From the sequence record DRR723986_22525: a stretch of DNA of 64,000 nt. The stretch is one strand, 5' to 3'. Below, in pieces: positions 8,551-18,540 of the stretch. The translations under genes were made by a program, and so were the position numbers. The number at the start of each line of letters is the position of its first letter. The stretch's first letter is position 1. The notes under the pieces were generated by a model. It made no database searches. It saw only the letters and a list, made by a program, of their open reading frames with translations, and had not been told where the DNA came from.

Positions 8551-10338
8551 TTAAAAGAGAAGATTATAAACGATATTTCCCTTTGCAGGCAAGTAAATTC
8601 CGGCATTTCCCTCAGTAGTATGAGTCACTGGAGTTCCATAAGAAGACTCATCATATTCTAGATAAACACCAGTTTCAGGCAATAGATAATAGCCTTTGTT
8701 GATTTTTTGAATCTCAGTTCCAGCTGCTATTTTGTAAAAACCGTTGCCAATACCGGAAACAGTTCTGCTGATTCCTTTTCCTGATTCTAATACTTTGATC
8801 TCATCTTTCACAGATTGACCAGAAAGAAGGTAAGAGAATACTACATCTTCGGAACCATTGATCAACTGGTAACCTTTAGTTCTGAACTCCTCAAGTGCTG
8901 AGTAATCACTGCTTACGGCATTAATTGCAGGAGCGGCTAAGTTGATCACGGCACCAAGTGGTACAGAAACCCCATTGCCTCGACTATTCCACATAGGAGT
9001 TGCATCCAGAAATTCACCCCTCCAAACTTGGATGAGCGTGCCTGTTTCTAAGTCGTAGGCATAATTCACTTGAGCTTTGCTGGCTACAGATACCACATGA
9101 CTCAATCTCGGAGTATTAGGTACATCCCGGAAGCTGCGCAAAACAGGAGTTTCATCAGCATCTACCAAAATAGGATCGGTAGCTTGATTTGCTCCAGCTA
9201 CGGAAACCAGCAGGTCTGTACTTCTAAGTCCAGGTCCAGAAATTGCCAAGTTGAATCCATCAACAGACCAATTTCTATTTTTGGAAGCGATAATTTGAAT
9301 AGGATTAGCTCCTGCTTGTAATTGCTTTCTAACTCTCACTCCTCTATCGGAAAGGTTAGAAATGCTTTCATTTCCTACAGCAAAACCAGCAAGTCCACCA
9401 GGAACTTGCATCGTGATTTGGTATTCACCAGCTTCAGCTACATTTAGGTTTGCTGAATATTTTGTCAGATTGACATCAGAGACAGAGGCAGGTACTTCAT
9501 CCAGGGATGCTACACTACCTTTTGCTACAGCAGTTTTTCCGGCTAGCTCTTCCAGGTTATTAAAAGAACCCTGGTAAGTTTCATAGCTTACCCCAGAGAC
9601 GGTAGGAGTCTTGGAATCGAACGGAGTGATTTCAATGTTTCTGAAAGCTACAGCTCCATGATCTCCTTGGATTCTTAGAGGTCCTAAAGCTACATCTTCT
9701 CCAGTCAATGACCCGCGGGTAGGGCCGAAGACTTCCAGGTTTTCGTGGATAGTTACACCATTTAATTTCACAGAAAGGAAACGTGCATTTTCAGTTTTCT
9801 TTCCTGAAGCATCGAATTTGGCAGCTTGGAAAGAAACTTCCAGTTTTTGCCACACGCCAGGGGCTTTGCTAACGTTTTGGCGGGGAGCATAACCTTGGTA
9901 ACCTTTTTGGCCGTCAGGCTTGCTCTCGTCCCAGCGCTGATAGATTCCACCATTATCACCAGGTTTGGTGTTGGAATTGGCCCAGCTATCCAAGATTTGG
10001 ATTTCATAATTACCTTGAAGGTACACTCCTGAATTAGAACCTGGAGCGACCATGTACTCTAAAGAAAGATCTACGTCTCCGTATTTCTCAGTAGTTGTGA
10101 TGTCTGCTCCATGGTTTTTCTTGGTAGGAAGATTTGCCATAATGCCAGACCCGCTGGTAGATTGTAGTTCATTAGGAATACCTGGATTTGCCCAGACTTT
10201 TCCTACTTCTGTCCAGCTGCCTTTGTTGCCTTCAAAGGCATTAAGGTCAAGCTTAACAGGCTTTTGCTGTGCTTGCAGAGAACCGATCTGAATCGCCAGA
10301 GCAGCTGTAAGCAAGCAAACATGTTTGTTCAAAATCAT
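8551..10338 (-). CDS. Secreted DUF1080 (3-keto-disaccharide hydrolase-like) multidomain protein
   Basis: Signal LQA|QQ; NSGVYLQGNYEIQILDS, W..LEV, LNGV.IH, GPLRIQGDHGAVAFRNI motifs; additional C-terminal domains. Confidence 0.8.
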   Translation of the reverse strand: MILNKHVCLLTAALAIQIGSLQAQQKPVKLDLNAFEGNKGSWTEVGKVWANPGIPNELQSTSGSGIMANLPTKKNHGADITTTEKYGDVDLSLEYMVAPGSNSGVYLQGNYEIQILDSWANSNTKPGDNGGIYQRWDESKPDGQKGYQGYAPRQNVSKAPGVWQKLEVSFQAAKFDASGKKTENARFLSVKLNGVTIHENLEVFGPTRGSLTGEDVALGPLRIQGDHGAVAFRNIEITPFDSKTPTVSGVSYETYQGSFNNLEELAGKTAVAKGSVASLDEVPASVSDVNLTKYSANLNVAEAGEYQITMQVPGGLAGFAVGNESISNLSDRGVRVRKQLQAGANPIQIIASKNRNWSVDGFNLAISGPGLRSTDLLVSVAGANQATDPILVDADETPVLRSFRDVPNTPRLSHVVSVASKAQVNYAYDLETGTLIQVWRGEFLDATPMWNSRGNGVSVPLGAVINLAAPAINAVSSDYSALEEFRTKGYQLINGSEDVVFSYLLSGQSVKDEIKVLESGKGISRTVSGIGNGFYKIAAGTEIQKINKGYYLLPETGVYLEYDESSYGTPVTHTTEGNAGIYLPAKGNIVYNLLF

Positions 10339-10423
10339 GTGAATTTGAGGGATTAATTGATAATACGAGGTTTAATAGAAAAAATCGAAATGTTAAATTT
10401 GCCGTTGATTTTTCTTTCAGGCT

Positions 10424-10431
10424 CAAAGATA
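10424..10431 (-). promoter_or_regulatory. -7 promoter box (TATCTTTG) for the DUF1080 operon
   Basis: TAnnTTTG match upstream of 10338. Confidence 0.5.
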
Positions 10432-10538
10432 AACGCTACAGGACTATCTGCAAGTAATTACCAATTAGGGATCAAAAGCTTAAAGAAATTGGTGGTTTTG
10501 TTTCATTTCAGAACGGAAAAATCTGAATTGAAATGAGT

Positions 10539-11102
10539 TTATATTTTGTCTAGACTTTTACGATTACTATTAACTTGATTTTTAAAATCTGTGGGTGTCA
10601 TTCCAGTCTCTTTTTTAAACTGGGAAGAAAGGTAGGCTACACTACTATAATTGAGAAGATCGGCGATTTCTGAAAGACTTTTTTCATTGTAAAATATTAA
10701 TTCCTTTACCCGCTCAATCTTCACTTTAGTAATGTACTTCTCAATAGTGATGCCTTCCACTTGGGAAAAGAGTTTACTCAGATATGTGTATTCATGATTT
10801 AACTTTTCTGAAATAAAGCTGGAATAGTTTTGAGACAAATCATTTGTAGAATGCTGTATCTGCTCAATCAAAATGCTTTTGATCTGGGAAATCAAAGAGG
10901 ACTTGCCATCCTCCAGTAATTCAAAACCATCTGCCTGCAGTGACTCAGCCAAAGCTATTTTTTGTTGATTATTGGGAGAAGAATCTAACCTGATTTTCCC
11001 TAAATCAACAGAAGAATAGGAGAGGCCCAAGGTATCCAAGGTCTTACTAACCGAAGCAATGCACCTAGGGCAAACCATATTTTTGACGTAGATCAGCGGC
11101 AT
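10539..11102 (-). CDS. AraC-family regulator with N-terminal HMA-like metal-binding domain
   Basis: Start reassigned to ATG 11102; KNMVCPRC; C-terminal HTH (YLSKLFS, LSEIA..LNYSS.AYLS.QFKK.TG.TP). Confidence 0.85.
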   Translation of the reverse strand: MPLIYVKNMVCPRCIASVSKTLDTLGLSYSSVDLGKIRLDSSPNNQQKIALAESLQADGFELLEDGKSSLISQIKSILIEQIQHSTNDLSQNYSSFISEKLNHEYTYLSKLFSQVEGITIEKYITKVKIERVKELIFYNEKSLSEIADLLNYSSVAYLSSQFKKETGMTPTDFKNQVNSNRKSLDKI

Positions 11103-11175
11103 AGTTTTTAAGGATTGTGGTTTAATAAATGTATTCAACCCGTTTAAAGTTCTTGTGCCTTCCAATTTTTAAATT

Positions 11176-11210
11176 AAAAAAGCATCCTGGACTTCTCCTA
11201 GGATGCTTTT
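11176..11210 (-). terminator. Intrinsic terminator downstream of doxX
   Basis: aaaagcatcct...aggatgctttt inverted repeat with A/T tails. Confidence 0.65.
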
Positions 11211-11228
11211 CATGACAAGATATTTTTA

Positions 11229-11585
11229 TTAGCTGATTTTTGCTAAGAATACTCTCGAAACTGCCAATAACGCAAGGGCTACCAAAGGCATAATCATAGC
11301 GGAAACGGGATCTCCATTTGCTGAATGAGCAATGAACGCTGAGATGAAAGTGATACCAAATCCTGCATAAGCCCATTCTTTTATGAGTTTTGGGGAAAAA
11401 GGAAGCAGTAATACAAGTGCGCCTAGTGCTTTTGCAACTCCCAATTCTATTCGGAAGAAGTCCTTAAATCCCATTGCGGTAAATCCAGCCGATACATTTG
11501 GATCGGTGAAATAAGCATAAGCGCTGAAAAGCATCATCAATGAAACCAGTGAGGTGGATGTCCAATAAATTATTTTGTTCGTCAT
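11229..11585 (-). CDS. DoxX-like family membrane protein
   Basis: KIIYW, LGVAK.LG, KEWAYAG, AHSANGD; 4 TM helices; divergent from hxlR. Confidence 0.8.
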   Translation of the reverse strand: MTNKIIYWTSTSLVSLMMLFSAYAYFTDPNVSAGFTAMGFKDFFRIELGVAKALGALVLLLPFSPKLIKEWAYAGFGITFISAFIAHSANGDPVSAMIMPLVALALLAVSRVFLAKIS

Positions 11586-11604
11586 AAGATTGAAATATTT
11601 TTTG

Positions 11605-11612
11605 CAAACCTA
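11605..11612 (-). promoter_or_regulatory. -7 promoter box (TAGGTTTG) for doxX
   Basis: TAnnTTTG match 19 nt upstream of ATG 11585. Confidence 0.55.
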
Positions 11613-11622
11613 TGGTAATTAG

Positions 11623-11675
11623 CTATACATTTGTAAGTACTATACTAAGATATAGTACTATACTTCGGTATAGTA
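11623..11675. promoter_or_regulatory. Tandem palindromic operator array (CTATAC-N4-GTATAG), putative HxlR sites
   Basis: Perfect TACTATAC-ttcg-GTATAGTA at 11656-11675, one-mismatch copy at 11638-11657, degenerate copy at 11623. Confidence 0.65.
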
Positions 11676-11702
11676 TAGCCTAATTCTATTTAAAAGGATG
11701 TT

Positions 11703-12095
11703 ATGGAAAAGTTAGATAAGTCAAATCATACGCAATGCACAGGGATTATCCGCCCAGTTCAGGATGCGCTGGATGTATTGAATGGAAAATGGAAGCTGCC
11801 AATTATCGTAGCTTTACTGCATGGATATAAGCGATTTTCGGAAATTTCTAAGCAAGTCCCAGGGATAACAGACCGAATGCTTTCGAAAGAGCTTCGTGAT
11901 CTGGAAATGAACCAGCTTGTGAAACGGTCGGTGTATGATACTTTTCCTGTGACAGTAGAATACACCATGACCAAGTACGGTGAGACGCTCAAAGATGTAA
12001 TAGCTGCACTTCACGTATGGGGAGAGAATCACCGGAAAAGAATTTTCGGAGACGACTTACTGAAACAACCCGTAAATAAAGATCACTTAGGTTGA
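11703..12095 (+). CDS. HxlR-family winged-helix transcription regulator
   Basis: N-terminal Cys, GKWK, RFSEI, LSKELRDLE, VEY.MT.YG. Confidence 0.88.
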   Translation: MEKLDKSNHTQCTGIIRPVQDALDVLNGKWKLPIIVALLHGYKRFSEISKQVPGITDRMLSKELRDLEMNQLVKRSVYDTFPVTVEYTMTKYGETLKDVIAALHVWGENHRKRIFGDDLLKQPVNKDHLG

Positions 12096-12147
12096 TCTTC
12101 TCAAAACCGGGCAGAAAGTCATTGTCAAAAATATTTCATAAAACTTT

Positions 12148-12188
12148 GTTCTGTATTTGCAGAACTAACTGAACTTTGTTTACCTTTG
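12148..12188 (+). promoter_or_regulatory. gbsR promoter (-33 TTTG at 12156, -7 TACCTTTG at 12181) with overlapping inverted repeat GTTCTG-N6-CAGAAC
   Basis: Consensus boxes with 21-nt spacer; palindrome at 12148-12165. Confidence 0.6.
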
Positions 12189-12223
12189 TCCCGTTACTAG
12201 CCCATAACCCAAATAGAAAGAAG

Positions 12224-12685
12224 ATGGTATTAACTGAAAGACATAAAGAATTAATCGAACGAATTGGTGTATTTCACGAGCATAAAGGAATGCAGCCATT
12301 GGTAGGTAGAATTATTGGTCTTCTATTGGTTCATGAAGAAGGTGAGGTTTCATTTGACGAAATAGTGGAGCAGCTCAGCGTAAGTAAAAGTGCGGTGAGT
12401 AATGCGCTTACTTTCCTTCAGGCTAAAGGAAGATGTGTTTATTCTACACGTCCAGGTGATCGTAAAAGATATTTTGCTCTGAAGGTGAGCGATTGGAGAG
12501 AGGACTTCCAAAAAGATTTAGAAAACATTTCTGAGATCCAGAAATTCATAGATGAAGTACTAGAAATTAGAACGGATAAGAATCCAGAATTCAACTGCAA
12601 TATGAAAGACTTTTCTAATTTTTTAGGCTTCTTCAAAAAGGAGATTCCAGCTTTGTTTGAGCGCTTCAAAAGACAACAGGCTTAA
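12224..12685 (+). CDS. GbsR/MarR-family transcription regulator
   Basis: Start reassigned to ATG 12224; GRIIGLL, SKSAVS, GDRKRYF. Confidence 0.85.
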   Translation: MVLTERHKELIERIGVFHEHKGMQPLVGRIIGLLLVHEEGEVSFDEIVEQLSVSKSAVSNALTFLQAKGRCVYSTRPGDRKRYFALKVSDWREDFQKDLENISEIQKFIDEVLEIRTDKNPEFNCNMKDFSNFLGFFKKEIPALFERFKRQQA

Positions 12686-12757
12686 AAAAATTTGAACAGT
12701 AAGTTCATAAAAAACAGAACCAACTATATATTTTATAACTAACTATTATTCAGCGAC

Positions 12758-14125
12758 ATGTTAAAGAAGTATTTAACGTATGCATTTTTCTTGATTGCTC
12801 CTGCAATGGCAATGGGGCAAGAGATGGTGCAAGAATTTAACCTACCGGATACCCTCACTTTGAAAGAGAGTATTGAGATCGGTTTGGAAAACAACAGAAC
12901 GCTGAAAAAGGCGATTCTGGATGAGGAGAAAGCTAAGTATCAGCGAAATGAGATCCGAGGAGCAGGTCTTCCGCAGTTTTCTGCCTACGGTCAGTACAAT
13001 AATTTCTTGGACGTATTTCCTCAGGCAGTGCCGGGCGGGATTTTTGGTGGAGACCCAAATGACATTCAGGTAATTTCTCTTGGCGTTCCTCAGTCCTTAA
13101 AGGCTGGTTTTGAATTGAACCAGTTGATCTTCAGCAATTCCTATTTGATTGGTTTGAAAGCCGCGAAAACTGGAGAAGAGTTTTACCGAATTTTGGCTGA
13201 GAAGTCTGAAGAAGACGTGATTCATGAGATCTCAATGAATTACTTGGGAGTGATTCAATTGGAGCTTCAGAAAGAAAATTTACGGGCAAATATAGATCAG
13301 TTGGAAAGCTTGGAGAAAATCCTTCAATCTCAATATGAGAATGATTTGGCTAGAAAAGTGGATCTCAATCGTGTGAAGGTAAACCTTACTTCCATCAAAA
13401 GTGAGCAGGAAAATCTTGATATCGCTATCTACCAACAGGAGGGTTACTTGAAGTTATTGATGGGAATTCCTGTTGATACGGAGATCACTTTGGATCACTC
13501 AGTTGCGGACATGAACCAGAAAGTGAAGGATTTTCAAATCAATGATTTTAACATTTTTGATAGAAAAGATATCCAGGTGTTGGGAGTACAGGAGAAATTG
13601 TACGAATACGAATACAAAAATATCAAAGCGGCTCATCAGCCACAATTGGTTGGTTTTGCAGATTTCAATAAGAATGCCTTCTCTGACAGTTTCGATTTCC
13701 TAAGTCAAAACAAAGTTTGGTACCAAGGATTTTTGATTGGTGTGAAACTTCAGATTCCGATTTTTGACGGAATGCAGACTAAATACAAAGCCGCCCAGTC
13801 AAAGGTTGCTGCCCAGCAGTTAAGCCTCGATCGTCTTCAGGCTGAAGATGCTGCAGATTTGGAATACAAAAATGCACTGAACAAATACTACAATTCCTTA
13901 AGTACACTGGAATCTCTGGATAGTAACCTGGATTTGGCAAATGATGTACTTAGCGAGACCACTTTGCTATACAAGGAAGGGCTAAGCCCATTGACTGATT
14001 TGCTGGATGCGGAGACTACTCAGCGTGAAGCGCAAGCCAATTACAACAATCAAATCATACAGGTTCGAATCGCTCAATTAGAGATTCTGAACTCATCTGG
14101 AAAAATCAAAAATCTTTTACTCTAA
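12758..14125 (+). CDS. TolC-family outer membrane efflux protein
   Basis: Signal peptide, OEP repeats, IPIFDG, Y.EG...LTDLLDAE; first gene of a tripartite operon. Confidence 0.88.
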   Translation: MLKKYLTYAFFLIAPAMAMGQEMVQEFNLPDTLTLKESIEIGLENNRTLKKAILDEEKAKYQRNEIRGAGLPQFSAYGQYNNFLDVFPQAVPGGIFGGDPNDIQVISLGVPQSLKAGFELNQLIFSNSYLIGLKAAKTGEEFYRILAEKSEEDVIHEISMNYLGVIQLELQKENLRANIDQLESLEKILQSQYENDLARKVDLNRVKVNLTSIKSEQENLDIAIYQQEGYLKLLMGIPVDTEITLDHSVADMNQKVKDFQINDFNIFDRKDIQVLGVQEKLYEYEYKNIKAAHQPQLVGFADFNKNAFSDSFDFLSQNKVWYQGFLIGVKLQIPIFDGMQTKYKAAQSKVAAQQLSLDRLQAEDAADLEYKNALNKYYNSLSTLESLDSNLDLANDVLSETTLLYKEGLSPLTDLLDAETTQREAQANYNNQIIQVRIAQLEILNSSGKIKNLLL

Positions 14126-14149
14126 TAGAAAACTCATACCAACGAAACG

Positions 14150-15202
14150 ATGAAAAAATTAATAATCATAGTACTTCTCCTGGTAGGTGTAGGAGCGGTA
14201 GCCTTCACGCTTTACAACAACAAGCAAGAAATGAACGAAGCGGCCACCCTTGCCATGAAGTCAAGTGAGTATATCTCAGTGACTGTGGAAAAAGTGGAGG
14301 AGAAGACCGTCAATAGAAATTTTGAAGCGAACGGGATTTTCGAACCATCGCAGGAATTGAAATTGATGGCTGAGACTTCTGGTGCGATCGTGAAAATCCA
14401 AAGAAGAAAAGGGGATTACGTGCGTAAAGGCGATTTGATTGTACAAATCGATGATCGATTGATCCGTTCTGATTACACCATTGCTAAACTAAGGCGAGAT
14501 CAAGCTGAGAAAGATTTGAAGCGTTTTGAAAATCTAGCCGCTACGGATGCGATCACTAAAAAGCAATTGGAAGAAAATGAAAACGCTTTCAAAATAGCCG
14601 ATGCCCAACTTTCAGCTTTGAAAAAGAGATTGGACGACACGCAGGTGACTGCTCCTATTGCAGGTTTTATCAATGAAGATTACTACGAAATGGGAACATT
14701 GGTGAGCCCAGGAATGCCTTTGGTAGACATTATCAACAAAAATCCATTGAAACTTTCCGTGAACGTCACTGAAACTGAAATTTCCAAAGTAAATAAAGGT
14801 GATGAGATCGCAGTGCGTGTCAACGCAATGGCCAATCAGGATTTCACTGGCAAGGTTCACTTCATTTCTGACAAAGCGGATGCCTCTTTCAAGTACCAAG
14901 TGGAGTTGATCATGAACAGCAAAAACCAGGATGAAATCAAGCCAGGTATGTTTGGAACGGCTCAATTCAAATTCTCCCAAGAAGAGAAAGTGTTGAAAAT
15001 CGATAGAAAATCAATTTCTGGAAGCTTAAAAGACCCGGGAGTTTACTTGATCAAAGACGGTGTTGCTGTATATCGCCCTGTGAAAATCAACCCATTGGAT
15101 GACGGAACTGTAGAGATTTTGGATGGTTTGAAAGCTGGTGACGAAGTGATTGCTTCAGGTTTGATTAATGTGAAAGAAGGTACTAAAGTGAAAGTTCAGT
15201 AA
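14150..15202 (+). CDS. RND efflux periplasmic adaptor (MFP)
   Basis: N-terminal TM, lipoyl halves (GD.V.KG, APIAG), KPGM, GLKAGDEVI. Confidence 0.9.
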   Translation: MKKLIIIVLLLVGVGAVAFTLYNNKQEMNEAATLAMKSSEYISVTVEKVEEKTVNRNFEANGIFEPSQELKLMAETSGAIVKIQRRKGDYVRKGDLIVQIDDRLIRSDYTIAKLRRDQAEKDLKRFENLAATDAITKKQLEENENAFKIADAQLSALKKRLDDTQVTAPIAGFINEDYYEMGTLVSPGMPLVDIINKNPLKLSVNVTETEISKVNKGDEIAVRVNAMANQDFTGKVHFISDKADASFKYQVELIMNSKNQDEIKPGMFGTAQFKFSQEEKVLKIDRKSISGSLKDPGVYLIKDGVAVYRPVKINPLDDGTVEILDGLKAGDEVIASGLINVKEGTKVKVQ

Positions 15203-15205
15203 ACT

Positions 15206-18200
15206 ATGCAAATCACTAAAATATCAATACAACGGTCGACCATGGTGGTCGTACTGTTTACCGTACTGACTTTGCTGGGGATTTTTTCCTACACGCAATT
15301 GTCCTACGAGCTTTTGCCAAAAATGGAAACCAATGTGGTGACCATTTCTACCATCTATCCCGGTGCTGCACCATCTGAAGTGGAAACTTCTGTAACGAAG
15401 AAAATCGAGGATGCGGTGGCTTCATTGGAAGGTATCAAATCCATGAATTCCATTTCTCAGGAGAGTATTTCTATTATCACGATAGAGTTGGAAGCTGGAG
15501 AAGACGTCGATTATTCCATGCAGGATGCACAGCGCAAGATCAACGCGATCTTGGGTGATCTACCTGAAGACGCTGATCCGCCGAGCTTGGGCAAGTTTGA
15601 TCTGGATGATTTGCCAATTATGCAATTGGCTATTTATTCAGATTTGAAGCCTTCTGAGTTTTATGATTTGGTGAAAAATAAAATCCAGCCTTCTTTGGCA
15701 CAGATCAAAGGTGTGGCCCAAGTGAATATGCTGGGCGGTACTGAACGTGAGATCAAAGTAAACTTGGATAGAAACAAGCTGGATGCCTATGGTATTTCGC
15801 CGATTACTGTAGCTCAAACTATCAATTCCAGTAATCTTGATTTTCCTACCGGACGATTGAAAGACAACGAAGGTCAGGTGTTGATCCGCCTTGCTGGAAA
15901 ATTCCAGAACATTCAGGACATTGAAAATCTGGTGATCGCTTATCGATCAGATGAATCACCGATTCAGCTGAAAGAAGTGGCGGAAGTAGCCGATTCTTAC
16001 AAAGACGAAGATATTCTTACCAGACTTAACGGTAAATCGGCTATTGGTTTGACTGTTCAAAAGCAATCCGATGCCAATGCAGTGGAAGTTTCTGAAGTAT
16101 TAGTGCAAGAACTCCAAATCTTGGAGCAGACCTATACTGCTGAAGGTGTTTCTTTCCAGATCTCCCAAAATACTTCTGAGTTTACTCTGGAAGCAGCCAA
16201 TCATGTAATTACTGATTTGATTATTGCAGTTGTACTGGTGGCTTTGATCATGCTGTTGTTCTTACACAGTATCCGTAATGCAGTGATCGTGATGGTAGCT
16301 GTGCCGGCTTCCATTGTGGCGACATTCACGGTCATGTTCTTGGCAGGATTTACCCTAAACCTCATGTCATTGCTGGCACTTTCACTAGTGGTTGGTATCC
16401 TAGTGGATGATGCCATTGTGGTGATAGAAAATATCTACCGGCACCTGGAAATGGGTAAAACTATCGCTCAGGCTTCCTACGATGGTATTCGTGAAATTGG
16501 GGCAACAGTAGTTTCTATCACCTTGGTGATTATCGTGGTATTCGTGCCATTGGCAATGACCGGAGGTTTGATTGGAGGTATTTTGGCTCAGTTCAGTATT
16601 ACAGTTGCGACAGCTACTTTGATTTCATTGCTTGTTGCATTTACGTTGATTCCGCTACTCACCTCAAGATTCTCGAAGCTGGAGCATTTGGATAAGAATT
16701 CCTTCTTTGGAAAAATCGTCTATGGGTTCGAGTCTGGATTGGATTCATTTGTGGATTGGTTAGTTGGAATTTTAAGATGGGGATTTGCGCATAAAGTCGC
16801 TTTGCTCGCAATCACTTTCGTCCTCTTTATTTCGTCTTTCTTCTTGGTGATCAAAGGCTTTATTGGTTCGGAATTCGTTTCTGAAGGTGATAGAGGGGAA
16901 TTCCTACTGAGACTGGAGCTTCCAAAAGATGCAACCTTGGAGCAAACCAACTTTAAGACTCGTGAGGTGGAAGATTACTTAAGAACCCTACCGGAAGTGA
17001 CCGAGGTATTTACCACTGTTGGGGTAGCTTCTGGTCAGTTTACAGGTTCTCAGTCTTCTCCTTTTACCTCTGAGATATTGGTGAAATTGGTGGATCCGGA
17101 ACACAGATCGATGACAGGTCCTGATTATGCACGAACACTAGAGAATTACTTGGAGGAAAATATCACAGGAGCAGAGTACACAGGTGTTCCGATTTCCATC
17201 ATGGGTACTGCGAATGATGCACCGATTCAAGTGATTGTATCTGGACCGGATAAGGATTCCATTCGAGTAGTTTCTGAGAAAATAGAAGCGATTCTTGCTG
17301 GTCTTAAAGGAACCCGTAAAATCGAGAGTTCTCTTGAAGATGGTAATCCAGAGATTAGAGTAGAAGTAGATCGCTACAAAATGAATGAGCTTGGTCTTTC
17401 CATGGATATGGTGGGTGGAGCACTTCAGGTAGCTTTCAATGGAAATGATGATTCCAAATTCACGGACGGTGATTACGAATATGACATTTTGGTGAAACTG
17501 AATGAGTTTGACAGAAAATCAATCTCGGATGTTCAGAACCTTACGTTCTTGAATAGAAGCGGAAAACTGGTGAAGCTAGAGCAGTTTGCAAAAGTGAATC
17601 AGTCAGAAGGTCCAACTAAGTTGGAGCGAAGAGACCGGGTTTCTTCCGTGAAAATCACTTCTCAGGTAGCAGGTGTGCCTTCGGGTACAGTCGGTGCTGA
17701 ATTGACTGCAGCGATAGATGCCATGACACTTCCACAACAAGTTCAGATCAACTATGACGGTGACATGAAAAACCAAAGTGAAGGTTTCGGATCCTTGGGA
17801 GTCGCGCTATTGGCATCCATCATCTTGATCTATTTGATCATGGTTGCATTGTACGATTCATATATCTATCCACTAGTAGTGATGTTCTCACTTCCTATGG
17901 CATTGATTGGTTCCTTGCTTGCTCTGGCACTTACGAAAGGAACGCTAAGTATTTTCTCCATCATGGGTCTGATCATGCTGATGGGGCTGGTAGCGAAGAA
18001 TGCCATCCTTTTGGTCGATTTTACTAATCAGCTGAAAGAGGAGGGTGTAGAGGTGAAAGCAGCACTAGAAAAAGCTGTGAAGATCCGTTTCCGACCGATT
18101 TTGATGACTACGATTGCGATGGTGATAGGTATGATGCCGATTGCCTTGGCAACTGGTGCAGGGGCTGAATGGAAAAACAGTTTGGCATGGGTAATCATCG

Positions 18201-18364
18201 GAGGTTTGCTTTCTTCCATGTTCCTGACTTTGGTCGTGGTGCCGGTAATCTATTACTTGTTTGACAGATTTATGGTGAAAATCGGGAAAGGTGAGAAGAA
18301 GCACATCGAACTCGAAGATACTAATGTGGAAGAGTTTGAGTCAGAAGCTGCCGCATACGTTTAA
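15206..18364 (+). CDS. RND efflux permease (AcrB/HAE1-like)
   Basis: 1052 aa; YPGA.P.EVE, GILVDDAIVVIEN, KNAILLVDF, RFRPILMT proton-relay motifs intact. Confidence 0.93.
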   Translation: MQITKISIQRSTMVVVLFTVLTLLGIFSYTQLSYELLPKMETNVVTISTIYPGAAPSEVETSVTKKIEDAVASLEGIKSMNSISQESISIITIELEAGEDVDYSMQDAQRKINAILGDLPEDADPPSLGKFDLDDLPIMQLAIYSDLKPSEFYDLVKNKIQPSLAQIKGVAQVNMLGGTEREIKVNLDRNKLDAYGISPITVAQTINSSNLDFPTGRLKDNEGQVLIRLAGKFQNIQDIENLVIAYRSDESPIQLKEVAEVADSYKDEDILTRLNGKSAIGLTVQKQSDANAVEVSEVLVQELQILEQTYTAEGVSFQISQNTSEFTLEAANHVITDLIIAVVLVALIMLLFLHSIRNAVIVMVAVPASIVATFTVMFLAGFTLNLMSLLALSLVVGILVDDAIVVIENIYRHLEMGKTIAQASYDGIREIGATVVSITLVIIVVFVPLAMTGGLIGGILAQFSITVATATLISLLVAFTLIPLLTSRFSKLEHLDKNSFFGKIVYGFESGLDSFVDWLVGILRWGFAHKVALLAITFVLFISSFFLVIKGFIGSEFVSEGDRGEFLLRLELPKDATLEQTNFKTREVEDYLRTLPEVTEVFTTVGVASGQFTGSQSSPFTSEILVKLVDPEHRSMTGPDYARTLENYLEENITGAEYTGVPISIMGTANDAPIQVIVSGPDKDSIRVVSEKIEAILAGLKGTRKIESSLEDGNPEIRVEVDRYKMNELGLSMDMVGGALQVAFNGNDDSKFTDGDYEYDILVKLNEFDRKSISDVQNLTFLNRSGKLVKLEQFAKVNQSEGPTKLERRDRVSSVKITSQVAGVPSGTVGAELTAAIDAMTLPQQVQINYDGDMKNQSEGFGSLGVALLASIILIYLIMVALYDSYIYPLVVMFSLPMALIGSLLALALTKGTLSIFSIMGLIMLMGLVAKNAILLVDFTNQLKEEGVEVKAALEKAVKIRFRPILMTTIAMVIGMMPIALATGAGAEWKNSLAWVIIGGLLSSMFLTLVVVPVIYYLFDRFMVKIGKGEKKHIELEDTNVEEFESEAAAYV

Positions 18365-18382
18365 GCAAAAATTGAATTAATT

Positions 18383-18415
18383 ACCCTTGCTAGTCGGCAA
18401 GATTAGCAAGGGTTT
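18383..18415 (+). terminator. Strong hairpin after the RND gene (terminator or mRNA stabiliser)
   Basis: acccttgctagtc-ggcaa-gattagcaagggt; only a short U-tract. Confidence 0.55.
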
Positions 18416-18540
18416 AAACTATATACCCACTGAAATCGAGTAATTCTTTTTTCGAAATTTATCGAGATGAGCATGCTAGGTGAGATTCCCCTGAATTAAA
18501 CTCGGGACAGGCTAGGTGGCCTTTGAAAAAATTTAAGCAC

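Noticed and set aside
3652..11675. Short repeat arrays as CRISPR
   Set aside because: Units are 7-18 bp, contiguous and without unique spacers, and no cas genes are present.
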